Shown: piece by piece, positions 8,726-18,071 of the stretch | Position numbering within the stretch: the first letter of the stretch is position 1 | How the letters are laid out: every line of letters begins with the position of its first letter | From: Coriobacteriales bacterium | GTDB lineage: Bacteria; Actinomycetota; Coriobacteriia; Coriobacteriales; UBA8131 | DNA length: 64,000 nt | Direction of reading: 5' to 3' | Assembly (NCBI GenBank): GCA_031263025.1 | Contig: JAISGO010000016.1 | Location: 28,018-92,017, forward strand | Position numbers and translations under genes: made by a program | Notes under the pieces: model-generated | The model's database searches: none | What the model saw: the letters and a program-made list of their open reading frames with translations, nothing else | Told to the model about the DNA's origin: nothing

Positions 8726-9367
8726 TTAGCTGTTGGCGACCAGGGTGTAGGTGACCCTTGTGGTGTAGGTGTCATGCGGCTGCGAGCCGTCGATGGCGGC
8801 GCCGTAACCGATGGTGTAGAAGTCGCCGTTCACGCCCGCCGGAGCGCTCGTATTCGCGAGTTCAATACCAGCACTGGTCGGAGCGAGCCAGTCACCGGTA
8901 AACTCAGCGGTCTGGCTGGCCGTGGTGCGCTTATCGCTCAGCGCGATGCCCCAGGTGTTCTTCTCGAGACTTGCGGCGGAAAGAGCCTTGCTCGCACCGG
9001 CAACCTTGCCAGTCGCGGTGGTAGCGATGGAATTCTTCGTGCCAGTTTGCGGTAGCGCGCCGGTCAAAGTCTCGCCCGACGCGGTGAGCTTATAACCAGC
9101 GGTAGCATTCGAAACGACCTGCATTTCGGCACCGGTTTTCGTGCCGACTTTAAGCGTGCTGCCAGCCGGAGTGAGGGTGCCGAAGTCAATCGCGCTGGTG
9201 TCACCGCCAGTCAGGCTGAGCGCCTCCGCGACCTTCAGCGTGATCGGCGTGGCCACCGTCGGATTCGCCGCATGCGCGGCTTTCGGTGGGGCAGCCAGGA
9301 ACAGCATGGAGCTGGCGAGGCCGATGCTCAGGACGATGCCTAAGACTTTACTTTTAACCTGTGTCAT
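8726..9367 (-). CDS. Small secreted WxL-like (YxL variant) surface protein A
   Basis: ATG 9367 (GAAAGGA SD) is preferred over 9415. Signal peptide ends AAHA. LSLTGGDTSAIDFGTL, AGYKLTAS and the C-terminal YTTRVTYTLVANS follow the layout of WxL cell-surface domains. Paralogue of 9490-10182 and of the C-terminus of the giant protein. Confidence 0.6.
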   Translation of the reverse strand: MTQVKSKVLGIVLSIGLASSMLFLAAPPKAAHAANPTVATPITLKVAEALSLTGGDTSAIDFGTLTPAGSTLKVGTKTGAEMQVVSNATAGYKLTASGETLTGALPQTGTKNSIATTATGKVAGASKALSAASLEKNTWGIALSDKRTTASQTAEFTGDWLAPTSAGIELANTSAPAGVNGDFYTIGYGAAIDGSQPHDTYTTRVTYTLVANS

Positions 9368-9426
9368 GGTCTTTTCCTTTCTGATCAGGTTAATAACAAT
9401 AACAATCGACGACATGGCTATCTGCT

Positions 9427-9468
9427 CTGCCGGTCGGACCGGAAGTCAGGGGCCAGCCCGACCGGCAG
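9427..9468 (-). promoter_or_regulatory. Intercistronic hairpin between the two WxL-like genes
   Basis: 11-bp perfect stem CTGCCGGTCGG/CCGACCGGCAG with a 20-nt loop. No T-tract, so more likely a processing or stability element than a full terminator. Confidence 0.4.
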
Positions 9469-9489
9469 GAAACAGCGGAGTGGGAACGG

Positions 9490-10182
9490 CTACACGTTGG
9501 GGACCAAGGTGTAGGTCACCGTTGCCGTGTACGCATCCGCAGCCAGGGTCGGTGAGGCAGTGAAGCCGTATTGGACCGTGGTGGGCTCAGAAGCGACCGG
9601 GCCGGCCGAGGAGTTCAGATCGGCGATGTCGGCCGCCGCGATGTCGGTCGAACCGGCTTTGTAGGAACCGCTGGTGTATTGGGTCGGAGTCGTGCTCGAA
9701 GCTGGCATCGCCAGCCAAGCGCCGCTGGTAGGGGCGGAATTGGCCTTGTTGACGCGATAGCCCCAAGCTCCCTTGTTCTGCCCGGTCAGGGCGGGTCCGT
9801 CGCCCGTGGTAGTGGAATCAGCGGTCGCGGCCAAGGTGTCTGCGTTGGGGCTAGTGCCAGTCATGGCGTTACTGCTGCCTTTGACCTGGGCGGCCAAGTG
9901 GTAGCCACCAGGGTTGTTGGTATTGACGAGGAAGGCGCTTGCAGCTTCCTTAGTGGAAGCGGTGCCGTTTGAGGGCGTCAGTGTCGCGGAGACATCGCCG
10001 CCGCCGCTGAGGCTCAGGAAGGATCCAACGGTGACTGTCACGGTCTTCTCCTGCGACGTGGCCGCAGGCGTCGCCGCATGCGCCATCTGCGGCGGTGCGG
10101 CCAGGAAGAGCGCCGAGCTGGCCAGGACCAGGGTGAGCCCGACGCTGGCGAGGGCGCGCATTGTTCTGGTTGTTGCTTTCAT
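9490..10182 (-). CDS. Small secreted WxL-like (YxL variant) surface protein B
   Basis: Signal peptide ...MAHA. FLSLSGGGDVSATL, GGYHLAAQ and the C-terminal YTATVTYTLVPNV. GAAAGG SD upstream. Confidence 0.6.
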   Translation of the reverse strand: MKATTRTMRALASVGLTLVLASSALFLAAPPQMAHAATPAATSQEKTVTVTVGSFLSLSGGGDVSATLTPSNGTASTKEAASAFLVNTNNPGGYHLAAQVKGSSNAMTGTSPNADTLAATADSTTTGDGPALTGQNKGAWGYRVNKANSAPTSGAWLAMPASSTTPTQYTSGSYKAGSTDIAAADIADLNSSAGPVASEPTTVQYGFTASPTLAADAYTATVTYTLVPNV

Positions 10183-10220
10183 GGTCTTGCCTTTCGTAAT
10201 GGTTGATATGCTTTCGGTAC

Positions 10221-10287
10221 GGGGACACCTTAAATAGCCTGACTACCGCTGACTGACAAGTGGCCTTTGCCAAGGCTATTTAAGATT
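10221..10287. repeat. Hairpin repeat GGGGACACCTTAA...ATAGCC-loop-GGCTATTTAAGAT, copy 1
   Basis: Shares both ends (GGGGACACCTTAA, ATAGCCT, AGGCTATTTAAGAT) with 52651-52727. The loop differs. Confidence 0.5.
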
Positions 10288-10412
10288 CCCTTGCAGGCTC
10301 CGCCTGCTCGGTGTCCCCGATAGGTGGGTGGGTGTCCCCGTTTTAAGGACCACGTTGTCCCGGGGCTTGCGGAAGATGCGCGGGGGCGGGCGGCGCAGCG
10401 CCAGGCGGCGGA

Positions 10413-13400
10413 TCATGGGGCCACCGTCGCCGTCAGGAGGACCTTGCCGGTGTAGGCGTCGGGGGGCAGATCCGCCAGGTTGACCCCGGTCCAGAGGGAG
10501 TGTTTGCGGGGGGCTTGGGAGTTCGGGCTGGCATGAGGGTAGGACAGGGTGACCGGCGCGGTGCTCGAAGGCTGCGCCCAGGCCGATAGCTTCTCCGCAG
10601 ACGTTCCGTAGCCGCTGTTCAGCGGGGCTTGGGTGAGCCCATAACCCCAGCTGTCCGCCGCAAGGGAGGATCCGGCGGCGGAGGGTTGGAAAGCCTTGCC
10701 GGCGTGCGTGGGATCGATCGCTTCCAGGCTCGGGCCCGCCCCGGTCGTCTGCAAGCTCAGCTGGTAGCCGGTCGGGTTGCTGGTCGCGATCGTGAGGTTC
10801 TGGGAGGTCTGGGTGAGGCCATATTGGCTTACGTTGAGGTCGATTGGTTTGGTGAAGTCCGGCCCGGCCAGGCTGAGCCAGTTCTCGCGCACGAGATTGA
10901 GCGAGGTCTTGAGCGCGCTGTCATTGCGTCCGCCGTCATAGAGGAGACCACTATCAATCACGTTCGCGACCAGGGCGTTCTCGTCCGGCGCTGCGGTGAG
11001 TTCGATGTCCGTGTAGGTGAGCGCGTACGACGACCGTGACGGATCATTAGGCTGTCCAGGCAGCCAGACCAGGGCGGCAAGCGGGTCGTTGGTGTAGCTC
11101 GGCAGGGTGATCCCGGCCGCGCTCAAAGCCGGACCGAGGGCGCTAAGCCCGCTCTGACCGCCCAGAGTCGGGTCAGTCAAGTCGGCCAGCGGCGCCAGGT
11201 AGTCCTGGGCCAGGCCGCCTGCCGGGATCGTGCCAGCGGCGGCGAAACGAACCTCTCCGCTCGAGGCCAGGGTCTCGGGCAGATAGACCGGATAAACCCG
11301 GGCCTTACTCGCGCCATCAGTCACCTTGAAGTCATAAACGGAGAGACCCTTGACGTTGCCGTTCGAAGCGTAGAGACTGCCTCCGCTGATCTGATAAGGC
11401 ACAGCCATGATGCCATAGGTCTTGCTATCGGACACCTCCGTCCAGGCGATCACCCGGCCACCGTTCTGCACCATCGGCCCAGTGTCGAAGAGCATGCTTC
11501 CGGACAGGTTCCCGCCATAGCCGATGCCGGCGCCGTTGGGTATGGGGTTCATGGTAACAGCGGGCGTTAGGCCGCCCCGGGCGATCAGGGTGCCGCCGTT
11601 TACTAGGAAGCGCTGCTTAGGCATCGTCGGCTTAGCATCTGCTGGATAAGGATAACTCGCCATGCCCCCAGTACCGACGCCGGCGCCGGAGACGCCGGCA
11701 GTAGTGGAGACGTCCCCAGCCCAGGCGACGAGGGTGCCGCCGTTGACCGTGACGCTCTCGAGGAAGCCGGGGTAGACGATGTCACCGGGCTGCTTGGGGG
11801 TGCCGAGGTTGGGGCTTAGGGCGGCGCCGGAACCGACGCCGGCTCCGGTATGGGTGGCGGCGACCGAACGGGCCAGGATCTGGCCGCCGTTTACGGTGAT
11901 GGGCCCGACTGAGACCGTAGGGGTAGCGAATGCGGCGACTCCGGAGCCGATGCCGGCACCGCTGGAGACGCCGTCGGAGGAGCCGGTGGCGACCACGGTG
12001 CCGCCGTTGAAGCTGAGGGTGCCGCTCTTGGTGGTCTCGCCGACGCCGGTGCCGATGCCGGCAGCACCCCCGGAGCCGGTCGCCGTGAGGGTCGCGGCGT
12101 CGTCTGCCGCGTTCACGCTCAAACTGGCGGGGTCGGCCACGTGGACGCCGGGTTTACCGGCGTAGCCCGTGGCCCTGAGCTGAGCGCCCTCGGCGAGATG
12201 GAGTGAGAGCTGGGCGCCGTTCAGGAGCTCGAGGCCGGGGAAGCCAGCGGCGACGTTGGCCACAGTCGGCATCAGGTTGACGCCGCCGGTGGCGACCGTT
12301 CCGCCCGTGCTGGCGGTTTTGTCCTTGACGATGGTCAGGTTGACCTGGGCGCCGGTGATCTCGATGGCATGCGCCGAATTGGCCTGGCCGTTACTATAGA
12401 TCCAACTGTTATCGCTGTTGTAAGTGGTGAGGACGAGGTCGCCGGTGACTTTGAGGACCTTACGCGTGGCGTCGGCCTGGGCGTTTGCTCTCGGGTACCA
12501 GAGGAAACCGAGAGCGAAGCCAACCGCTTGGGTATAGAAGCAAAGGATGTTGTCGCAAACAGCACCTTTGTTTCCCCCTTCGGTCTTTTTCGGGTCGGGG
12601 TCATAGGAGGCGCGGACATTGGCGACGAAGCCCGGGTCTCCGCCAAGGGCGGCGTTTCCGCTCGCGTCTTTGACCACGAAGGCAGTGAGGCTGCCGGGGG
12701 CAGCGATACCTGCTCCGTCAGCCGGAAGCCAAAGTACCGCGCTGTAGCCAGCATCAAGGTTCACATCTAAGGGGGGCGTGAAAAGGTCTTGGAAAGCAGT
12801 CGGGATACCAGGAAGCAGATTGGCCTGGCCTTGGGCGACGCCATCACTCGCTTGCGCCTTGGCAGCGCCCACCTGGAAGCTGAGGCCATCAGTGGACTTA
12901 ACTTGATTATTCACGGACAGACTCGCAGGGACATAGACGGGATAAACTAGATTACCATCGCCGTCAGTGGGGCCTGCGAAAGCGGTACCGGAACTGCCAT
13001 CCGGGGTCTGTTGGCCGAGCGAGTTGGGGCCGACCTCGCCTTTGTCATAACGCCAGCCGCAAGCGTAGACGTTACCGCCAGTGATGACGGTCTTGCCGGT
13101 GACTTTGGTGACGCCATTGAGGGCGTCATTACGTGCGGCGCCGATTCCGACTCCCCTAGGGCCACTCGTCTGTGGGTTGTAGGCGACTACGATGCCGCCG
13201 GAGATGGTGGTGTCGATAGCGTAAGTGTAAGGATTCTTCAAGGGGGCGGAGGGTATTATGCTTCCAGCACCGATGGCTGCAGCAGCACCGCCAACGTTGG
13301 CCACGGTACTCGCGAGCACCGTCCCGTTCTTGATCTCGATGTGCCCCTTAGTCTCGGCTGATTGGTCGTTCGAGGCGCCGCCGATGGCCGCCGCCTGGCC

Positions 13401-16400
13401 CTTGTTCACCCGGGCAACGACGTAGCCGGTGGTGTCGATCAGGATGCTCCCGAAGTCTTGGTTGGGGTGACTGCGATAGGTAGCGCCGCCGATTGCCGCG
13501 CCGATCAGCCCTGGGCTGTTGTTGTCCGCGACTAGGTTTGCCTGTTCGAGGATCTTGATGGAGCCGCCGAGGGTCTGCTGGTTGTTCGCCGGAACACCAG
13601 CCCCGATGGTGGCCGCGGTGTTGGCGGATTGGGGACCACCTGTGCTTGCGTTGACGGTGACCGACCCTTTGAAGGTGAGGTCGCCGGGCTGGAAAGTGGT
13701 CGCCGTCCCAGTGGCGATGTCGCTTTCGGGATAGGCGCTGGCCCCGCCGATGGCGGCGGCACTTAGCTGGGCTGAGCTTTGCAGGATGCCGTCGCCCTGG
13801 ACCACGAGCGCGGCCGGGGCGTTCACGCTGATGCCAGCATAACCGCTGTTCGTGCTGCCGGTGATAAGGGTCGGGCTGGTGGTCGAGAAGCCCGGCTTCG
13901 CCACTTCGAGGGTGAGCTTGGTGCTCGCCTGCGGCTGCGCTGCGAAGCCACCGACGTCGATGCCAGGGGCCGGCGCGCTGGACGGAATAAGGGACAGGGC
14001 GGTCTTGTCTGTGCTGAACTCGGCGCGCAGATTGACCTTGACGCCAGAGGTGATCTTGACGGCATGGTCATTGGCGTTTTTCAAGCCGGTCTTCGCCTGC
14101 ATGGCAGTCGCGCCCCCGGAGGCGCTCCAGGCGCTCGCCCAGCCCTCGGAGGTCTTGATGGTGTAGCTTCCGGGTTTCTTGATGGTGAGCACACCGGGGC
14201 CGTCTTCAGAAAGACCGATTACGTCAGATGAGGACACGTCCTGGTTAGCGGATTTGTAGGAGAGGCCGATGCTTGCCGCGCTGAAATGGTTCAGGTCTTG
14301 AGTGGCAGTGGCCCTGGTGATCGGGCGGGTGGCTGAGAAGCCCGGCTTGATCGGCTGCACCGTCACCTTGACGGTCGCGCCGATGATGTAGCCATGGCGG
14401 TCTGTGGTGGAAGCATTACCGAGCGTATAAACTTGGCCGGTAGTGGCGCCAGGCAGCCAGGCGATGGCGGCGATCTTGTCAGAAGTGGGGGCTTGGGGGT
14501 TAAAGTAAGGTGCCATCGCGTAAGGGATAGCGTCACCCAGGGTGTTGGAGCTAAGGTTGATCAGGGGTAGCGGATAGTCTGCGGCAAGGCTCGGTGTAGT
14601 GGACTTGCGCGGTATCGTCAAGGCGCCGCTTACGCCGAAGCCGTCCTGGGGGACGAAGGCGGGATAGACGGCGGTGCTGCCATCGGCGGCGACCGGCTCA
14701 GGGGCGATGGAGTGGAGGGTGCCGGAGCCGGAGGAGCTGCCGGTCCCGTATTGCCCGAGGGCGAAGACGCTGCCGCCGCTGATGGTGGTCTTGCCCTTGA
14801 CGGTGGTCGCCTGGGCGGAGCTGCCCCGGCCGATCGCGGCAGCGTCCTCGGCGCCGCTGTCCCTACCCCAGGCACCAAGGGCGATGACGGTGCCGCCTGA
14901 GATGTTGATGTCCATGTTGTAGGTGGCACCGGCGTTGCTGGAGGCACCGGAGCCGATGGCGGCGGAACTCCCGCCTTGGAATTTGTTCCCAGGTAGGGAC
15001 TCTGTGTTCGGTAGGGTCTTGGCGTAGATGGTGCCGCTCTTGATGTTGATGGTACCTCTGGATTCGCGATTGCCGTTCTGGGTCGCGCCGGTGCCGATGG
15101 CAGCGCCGGCAGGTGTCAAACCAGGGCCGTCGCCCTGATTACCGCTTTTCACCAGCACCACGCCATCGGTGTCGATGGTGATGGTGCCGGCGTCGTTGAC
15201 CCGGCTGTCAGGATAAATCGTGTCGAGTTTAGACCCGGCATCGTTCTCGGTGCCGGAGGCGCTAGAGCCAGAACCGATGGCAGCGCCGGGATAATTTCCA
15301 CAGTTATTGGCTTTTGCGAACACGCTGGCGTGTTCAAGGATGTTGATCTCGGTGGCGTTCGCCCAGGCGCCGCCGCCGATGATGGCCGCGCCCGGATAGC
15401 GTGGAGCGGACTTCGAGTCGGACTGCCAGACAGAATTCTCCGCCCAAACCGTGACCGAACCGGTGAAGGTGATCCTGCCGGAGGTCTCGGAGGCGGCTCC
15501 CCCGATGGCGGCGGCTTGGCCTGAGTCGGCCTGATAAGGCTTGCCAGGTTTCTTGGTCTGCTCTTTGCTGATCCCGTTCTTAGCTTTTAGCGTGCCTTCG
15601 CCCTTGACGGTGAGCTCCGCCGTAGGGGGGACGTGGATGCCGGCGCGGGAGCTGACGGTCTCGATGTCGGTGCGATAGCCCCAGGCGGTGAGCGTGGTAG
15701 CGCTTCCGCTGACCTCGAGGACGAGCTTGGCCTTGTCGGAAAGGTCGATGGCGGGGACCGCGGTCGTGGTCGGCTTGAGCGCGAGGCCCCCAGTCGCACT
15801 CGTCCCCTTGCTCCCGGCGCTGTCCGCGACGACCTTGAGGCTGACGCTCGCGCCGGACGCGATGGCAATCGCGTGGTCGGGCGAGGCCGTGCCGCCGCTA
15901 TATGACCAGTTGGGATCGTCGTTCGCGGTGGTGATGGTATAGCTGCCGGATTTCTTGATGACGAGGACGCCGGTGTCGCTGCCGTTGCGCTTGACCTCGA
16001 CGTTGGCGCTGTCGGTGGGGTCGGGGCTTCCCGACGCGGCCTCGAGTTTGAAACCGGCGCCCTTGAAGGGGCTGGCGGCGAAGGCGAGCGGCAGGTGGGA
16101 AGCGCTACCCCCGGCGCGACCAAGGGCAGCCAAGGCCGGCCCTGCGGCCAAAGCCAGGGTGAAGACGACGAGCGCGACGACGCACATCAAGGAGCTGCGG
16201 TTGATACTCATGCCAAGGACAGAGAGCGCTTGCTGTGGGCCTGTCTGCAGGGAGCGGCGAAGACGGGCGGCGAGGGCTGCTTTCCTGTACCTGGCGCTCC
16301 TGTCTTTGTATAGAGTGCGAGTGGCCCCGCTGGAGAGGTGGTCTTGGCTGTCCTGGGTGGGCGGCGTCTTTTGGCGCCGGTCAAGGGAGTAGTGCAAAGC

Positions 16401-16445
16401 CGCCGATGATCGGCGACTGCGCAGCGAGTCAATTTTCCTGTCCAC
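10413..16445 (-). CDS. Giant surface protein 1: N-terminal anchor, three large beta-helix-like modules, C-terminal WxL-like domain
   Basis: 2010 aa from GTG 16445 (AGGAGGG 5 nt upstream). Arg-rich ~95-aa N-terminus, then one TM (LMCVVALVVFTLALAAGPALAAL). Three modules carry DHAIAI..G..V.L, PAIDL/PGIDVGG, many AAIGGG/GAGIGSG turns, YP(V/A)(Y/F)VP and A(A/V)(I/L/V)WLPG. C-terminal ~170 aa (nt 10416-10915) contain TGYQLSLQ and end in YTGKVLLTATVAP. The alternative start ATG 16211 has no SD. Confidence 0.8.
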   Translation of the reverse strand: MDRKIDSLRSRRSSAALHYSLDRRQKTPPTQDSQDHLSSGATRTLYKDRSARYRKAALAARLRRSLQTGPQQALSVLGMSINRSSLMCVVALVVFTLALAAGPALAALGRAGGSASHLPLAFAASPFKGAGFKLEAASGSPDPTDSANVEVKRNGSDTGVLVIKKSGSYTITTANDDPNWSYSGGTASPDHAIAIASGASVSLKVVADSAGSKGTSATGGLALKPTTTAVPAIDLSDKAKLVLEVSGSATTLTAWGYRTDIETVSSRAGIHVPPTAELTVKGEGTLKAKNGISKEQTKKPGKPYQADSGQAAAIGGAASETSGRITFTGSVTVWAENSVWQSDSKSAPRYPGAAIIGGGAWANATEINILEHASVFAKANNCGNYPGAAIGSGSSASGTENDAGSKLDTIYPDSRVNDAGTITIDTDGVVLVKSGNQGDGPGLTPAGAAIGTGATQNGNRESRGTINIKSGTIYAKTLPNTESLPGNKFQGGSSAAIGSGASSNAGATYNMDINISGGTVIALGAWGRDSGAEDAAAIGRGSSAQATTVKGKTTISGGSVFALGQYGTGSSSGSGTLHSIAPEPVAADGSTAVYPAFVPQDGFGVSGALTIPRKSTTPSLAADYPLPLINLSSNTLGDAIPYAMAPYFNPQAPTSDKIAAIAWLPGATTGQVYTLGNASTTDRHGYIIGATVKVTVQPIKPGFSATRPITRATATQDLNHFSAASIGLSYKSANQDVSSSDVIGLSEDGPGVLTIKKPGSYTIKTSEGWASAWSASGGATAMQAKTGLKNANDHAVKITSGVKVNLRAEFSTDKTALSLIPSSAPAPGIDVGGFAAQPQASTKLTLEVAKPGFSTTSPTLITGSTNSGYAGISVNAPAALVVQGDGILQSSAQLSAAAIGGASAYPESDIATGTATTFQPGDLTFKGSVTVNASTGGPQSANTAATIGAGVPANNQQTLGGSIKILEQANLVADNNSPGLIGAAIGGATYRSHPNQDFGSILIDTTGYVVARVNKGQAAAIGGASNDQSAETKGHIEIKNGTVLASTVANVGGAAAAIGAGSIIPSAPLKNPYTYAIDTTISGGIVVAYNPQTSGPRGVGIGAARNDALNGVTKVTGKTVITGGNVYACGWRYDKGEVGPNSLGQQTPDGSSGTAFAGPTDGDGNLVYPVYVPASLSVNNQVKSTDGLSFQVGAAKAQASDGVAQGQANLLPGIPTAFQDLFTPPLDVNLDAGYSAVLWLPADGAGIAAPGSLTAFVVKDASGNAALGGDPGFVANVRASYDPDPKKTEGGNKGAVCDNILCFYTQAVGFALGFLWYPRANAQADATRKVLKVTGDLVLTTYNSDNSWIYSNGQANSAHAIEITGAQVNLTIVKDKTASTGGTVATGGVNLMPTVANVAAGFPGLELLNGAQLSLHLAEGAQLRATGYAGKPGVHVADPASLSVNAADDAATLTATGSGGAAGIGTGVGETTKSGTLSFNGGTVVATGSSDGVSSGAGIGSGVAAFATPTVSVGPITVNGGQILARSVAATHTGAGVGSGAALSPNLGTPKQPGDIVYPGFLESVTVNGGTLVAWAGDVSTTAGVSGAGVGTGGMASYPYPADAKPTMPKQRFLVNGGTLIARGGLTPAVTMNPIPNGAGIGYGGNLSGSMLFDTGPMVQNGGRVIAWTEVSDSKTYGIMAVPYQISGGSLYASNGNVKGLSVYDFKVTDGASKARVYPVYLPETLASSGEVRFAAAGTIPAGGLAQDYLAPLADLTDPTLGGQSGLSALGPALSAAGITLPSYTNDPLAALVWLPGQPNDPSRSSYALTYTDIELTAAPDENALVANVIDSGLLYDGGRNDSALKTSLNLVRENWLSLAGPDFTKPIDLNVSQYGLTQTSQNLTIATSNPTGYQLSLQTTGAGPSLEAIDPTHAGKAFQPSAAGSSLAADSWGYGLTQAPLNSGYGTSAEKLSAWAQPSSTAPVTLSYPHASPNSQAPRKHSLWTGVNLADLPPDAYTGKVLLTATVAP

Positions 16446-16775
16446 AGCTTCCCTCCTGTCCTGACTTTGATTGAAGAAGACATGTGGTTTCTGTCTGTTT
16501 AGATTCTAATGGTGGGATGTTTGAAATATTTCTGTAGGGTATTAGTGTGTATAAGATAAAACACCAGTGTCTGGGCGGTTCTTTCATTTGGAAGCAGAAA
16601 AAAATCAGTCGCATGTATGCGGAAATGCGTAGGAGTTCGAGAATCATTAAAAATCGCTGTTTTTTACAACTAATCGTCCCTGAATCAGGATACTAATTGT
16701 AAAAACCAGTGAATTTGTAATTAGTGAGCTATAATGAAAGCGATAAATGTTAAAAATCAAGGAATTTAAAATATA

Positions 16776-18002
16776 ATGCCTTATCAAACCCTCGCGAAGC
16801 TATTCCATCAGAACAGTTCAGCAGACCGCTATGCGGATCTTGAACGGCTTGCCGCCGAGCGGCTCGTGAGCGAGTCCTCGGTTCGTACGGGCATCATCTT
16901 GGAAGCCGGGGAGCTTTTCTTCCTGGTCACGCCCGAACTCGCCTTGCTTTCAGAGAAGACCTTGCGTAGCGAGCGGACGGTGTCCCGGGTCTGGCAGGAG
17001 CTTCCGCAGGTCGCGCAGCGGGCCTATCTGCATGATCTGATCAACGCTGAGATCTTCTACTCGAATGAGATCGAGGGTGTTCGCAGCACACGCAGGGAGA
17101 TCGCCGAAGCCTTGCGGAACGTACAGGAGGCAAAGCGGGAGCAGCGCACGCTCGGGCAAAAACGTTTCGTGGAGTTCGCAGCGCTCTATCTGGGCCTGAC
17201 CGACCAGCAAGGCGTCTACCCCGAGACCGCCCGGGACATCCGTGCGATCTATGATCAGGTGACTGCCGGAGAGATTGCGGAAAATGACCGCCCAGATGGG
17301 AAAATCTTCCGGGCTGGTTCAGTAGAGGTCGTCAGCGCGGCGAAGACGCTCCATGCCGGTGTCTTTCCGGAACAGCGTATCATCGAGGTGATAGAGGGAA
17401 TGCTTGCGCTGACCAAGGACGAGTCGATACCGCAACTCTATAGCGCCGCTCTTTCGCATTTCATCTTCGAATACGCCCACCCTTTCTACGATGGGAACGG
17501 TCGCACTGGCCGCTACTTGCTCTCGGTCTTCCTGAATGAGTCCCTCTCGCTGCCTACCGTGTTGTCCTTGTCGCGCACGATCGCCGAGCACAAGGCGGCC
17601 TATTACGCCGCTTTCGAGGAAACCGAGGATCCGCTCAACCATGCGGACGCGACTGTCTTCATCTTCCAGATGCTCACCTTGCTTAGACTTGCGCAAAGCA
17701 CCCTGCTGGACAATCTCTTGTCTAAGCAAAAGGCGCTAAAAGATGCTCAGCAAAGGATCGGCGCTCGCGCTGCTCTTGACTCGCACGCGAAAGACGCTCT
17801 TTACCTCCTGGCCCAGGACGGCCTCTTTTCCGCTTATCCCGGCGTGTCCGCCCTAGAAGTTGCCGAAACCCTGCAGGTTGGCGCGCAAACCGCGCGTAAA
17901 TACCTCGCTGGGCTCGAAGCCTGCGGCCTGGCCGAACCGATCTCGCTCAGACCCAAACGTTTTGCCTTGAGCGAAGATGGCGCGAAGCAACTTGGTCTCT
18001 GA
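16776..18002 (+). CDS. Fic family protein (class II, intramolecular inhibitory helix) with C-terminal winged-HTH-like region
   Basis: Fic motif HPFYDGNGRTGR. N-terminal inhibitory motif SNEIEG ((S/T)xxxE(G/N)). 408 aa. Confidence 0.85.
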   Translation: MPYQTLAKLFHQNSSADRYADLERLAAERLVSESSVRTGIILEAGELFFLVTPELALLSEKTLRSERTVSRVWQELPQVAQRAYLHDLINAEIFYSNEIEGVRSTRREIAEALRNVQEAKREQRTLGQKRFVEFAALYLGLTDQQGVYPETARDIRAIYDQVTAGEIAENDRPDGKIFRAGSVEVVSAAKTLHAGVFPEQRIIEVIEGMLALTKDESIPQLYSAALSHFIFEYAHPFYDGNGRTGRYLLSVFLNESLSLPTVLSLSRTIAEHKAAYYAAFEETEDPLNHADATVFIFQMLTLLRLAQSTLLDNLLSKQKALKDAQQRIGARAALDSHAKDALYLLAQDGLFSAYPGVSALEVAETLQVGAQTARKYLAGLEACGLAEPISLRPKRFALSEDGAKQLGL

Positions 18003-18014
18003 AACTGCCGTCTA

Positions 18015-18043
18015 TCGAAAACACCCTCTTAGCGCGCTATAAT
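18015..18043 (+). promoter_or_regulatory. Candidate promoter (TCGAAA-17 nt-TATAAT) for the antitoxin gene
   Basis: Perfect TATAAT at 18038-18043 and a 4/6 -35 with a 17-nt spacer, 28 nt upstream of ATG 18072. Confidence 0.3.
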
Positions 18044-18071
18044 ATGAACCAGTAAGCGAAGAGGCCAACGA

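Noticed and set aside
10629-16483. Many 60-180 aa ORFs in other frames or on the opposite strand inside giant gene 1 (e.g. 15587-16123, 13779-14231, 12335-12757)
   Set aside because: They are fully nested in a 6-kb ORF with clear repeat architecture. Their Arg/Pro/Ala/Gly-rich, low-complexity translations are typical of out-of-frame reading of GC-rich DNA, and they have no SD.
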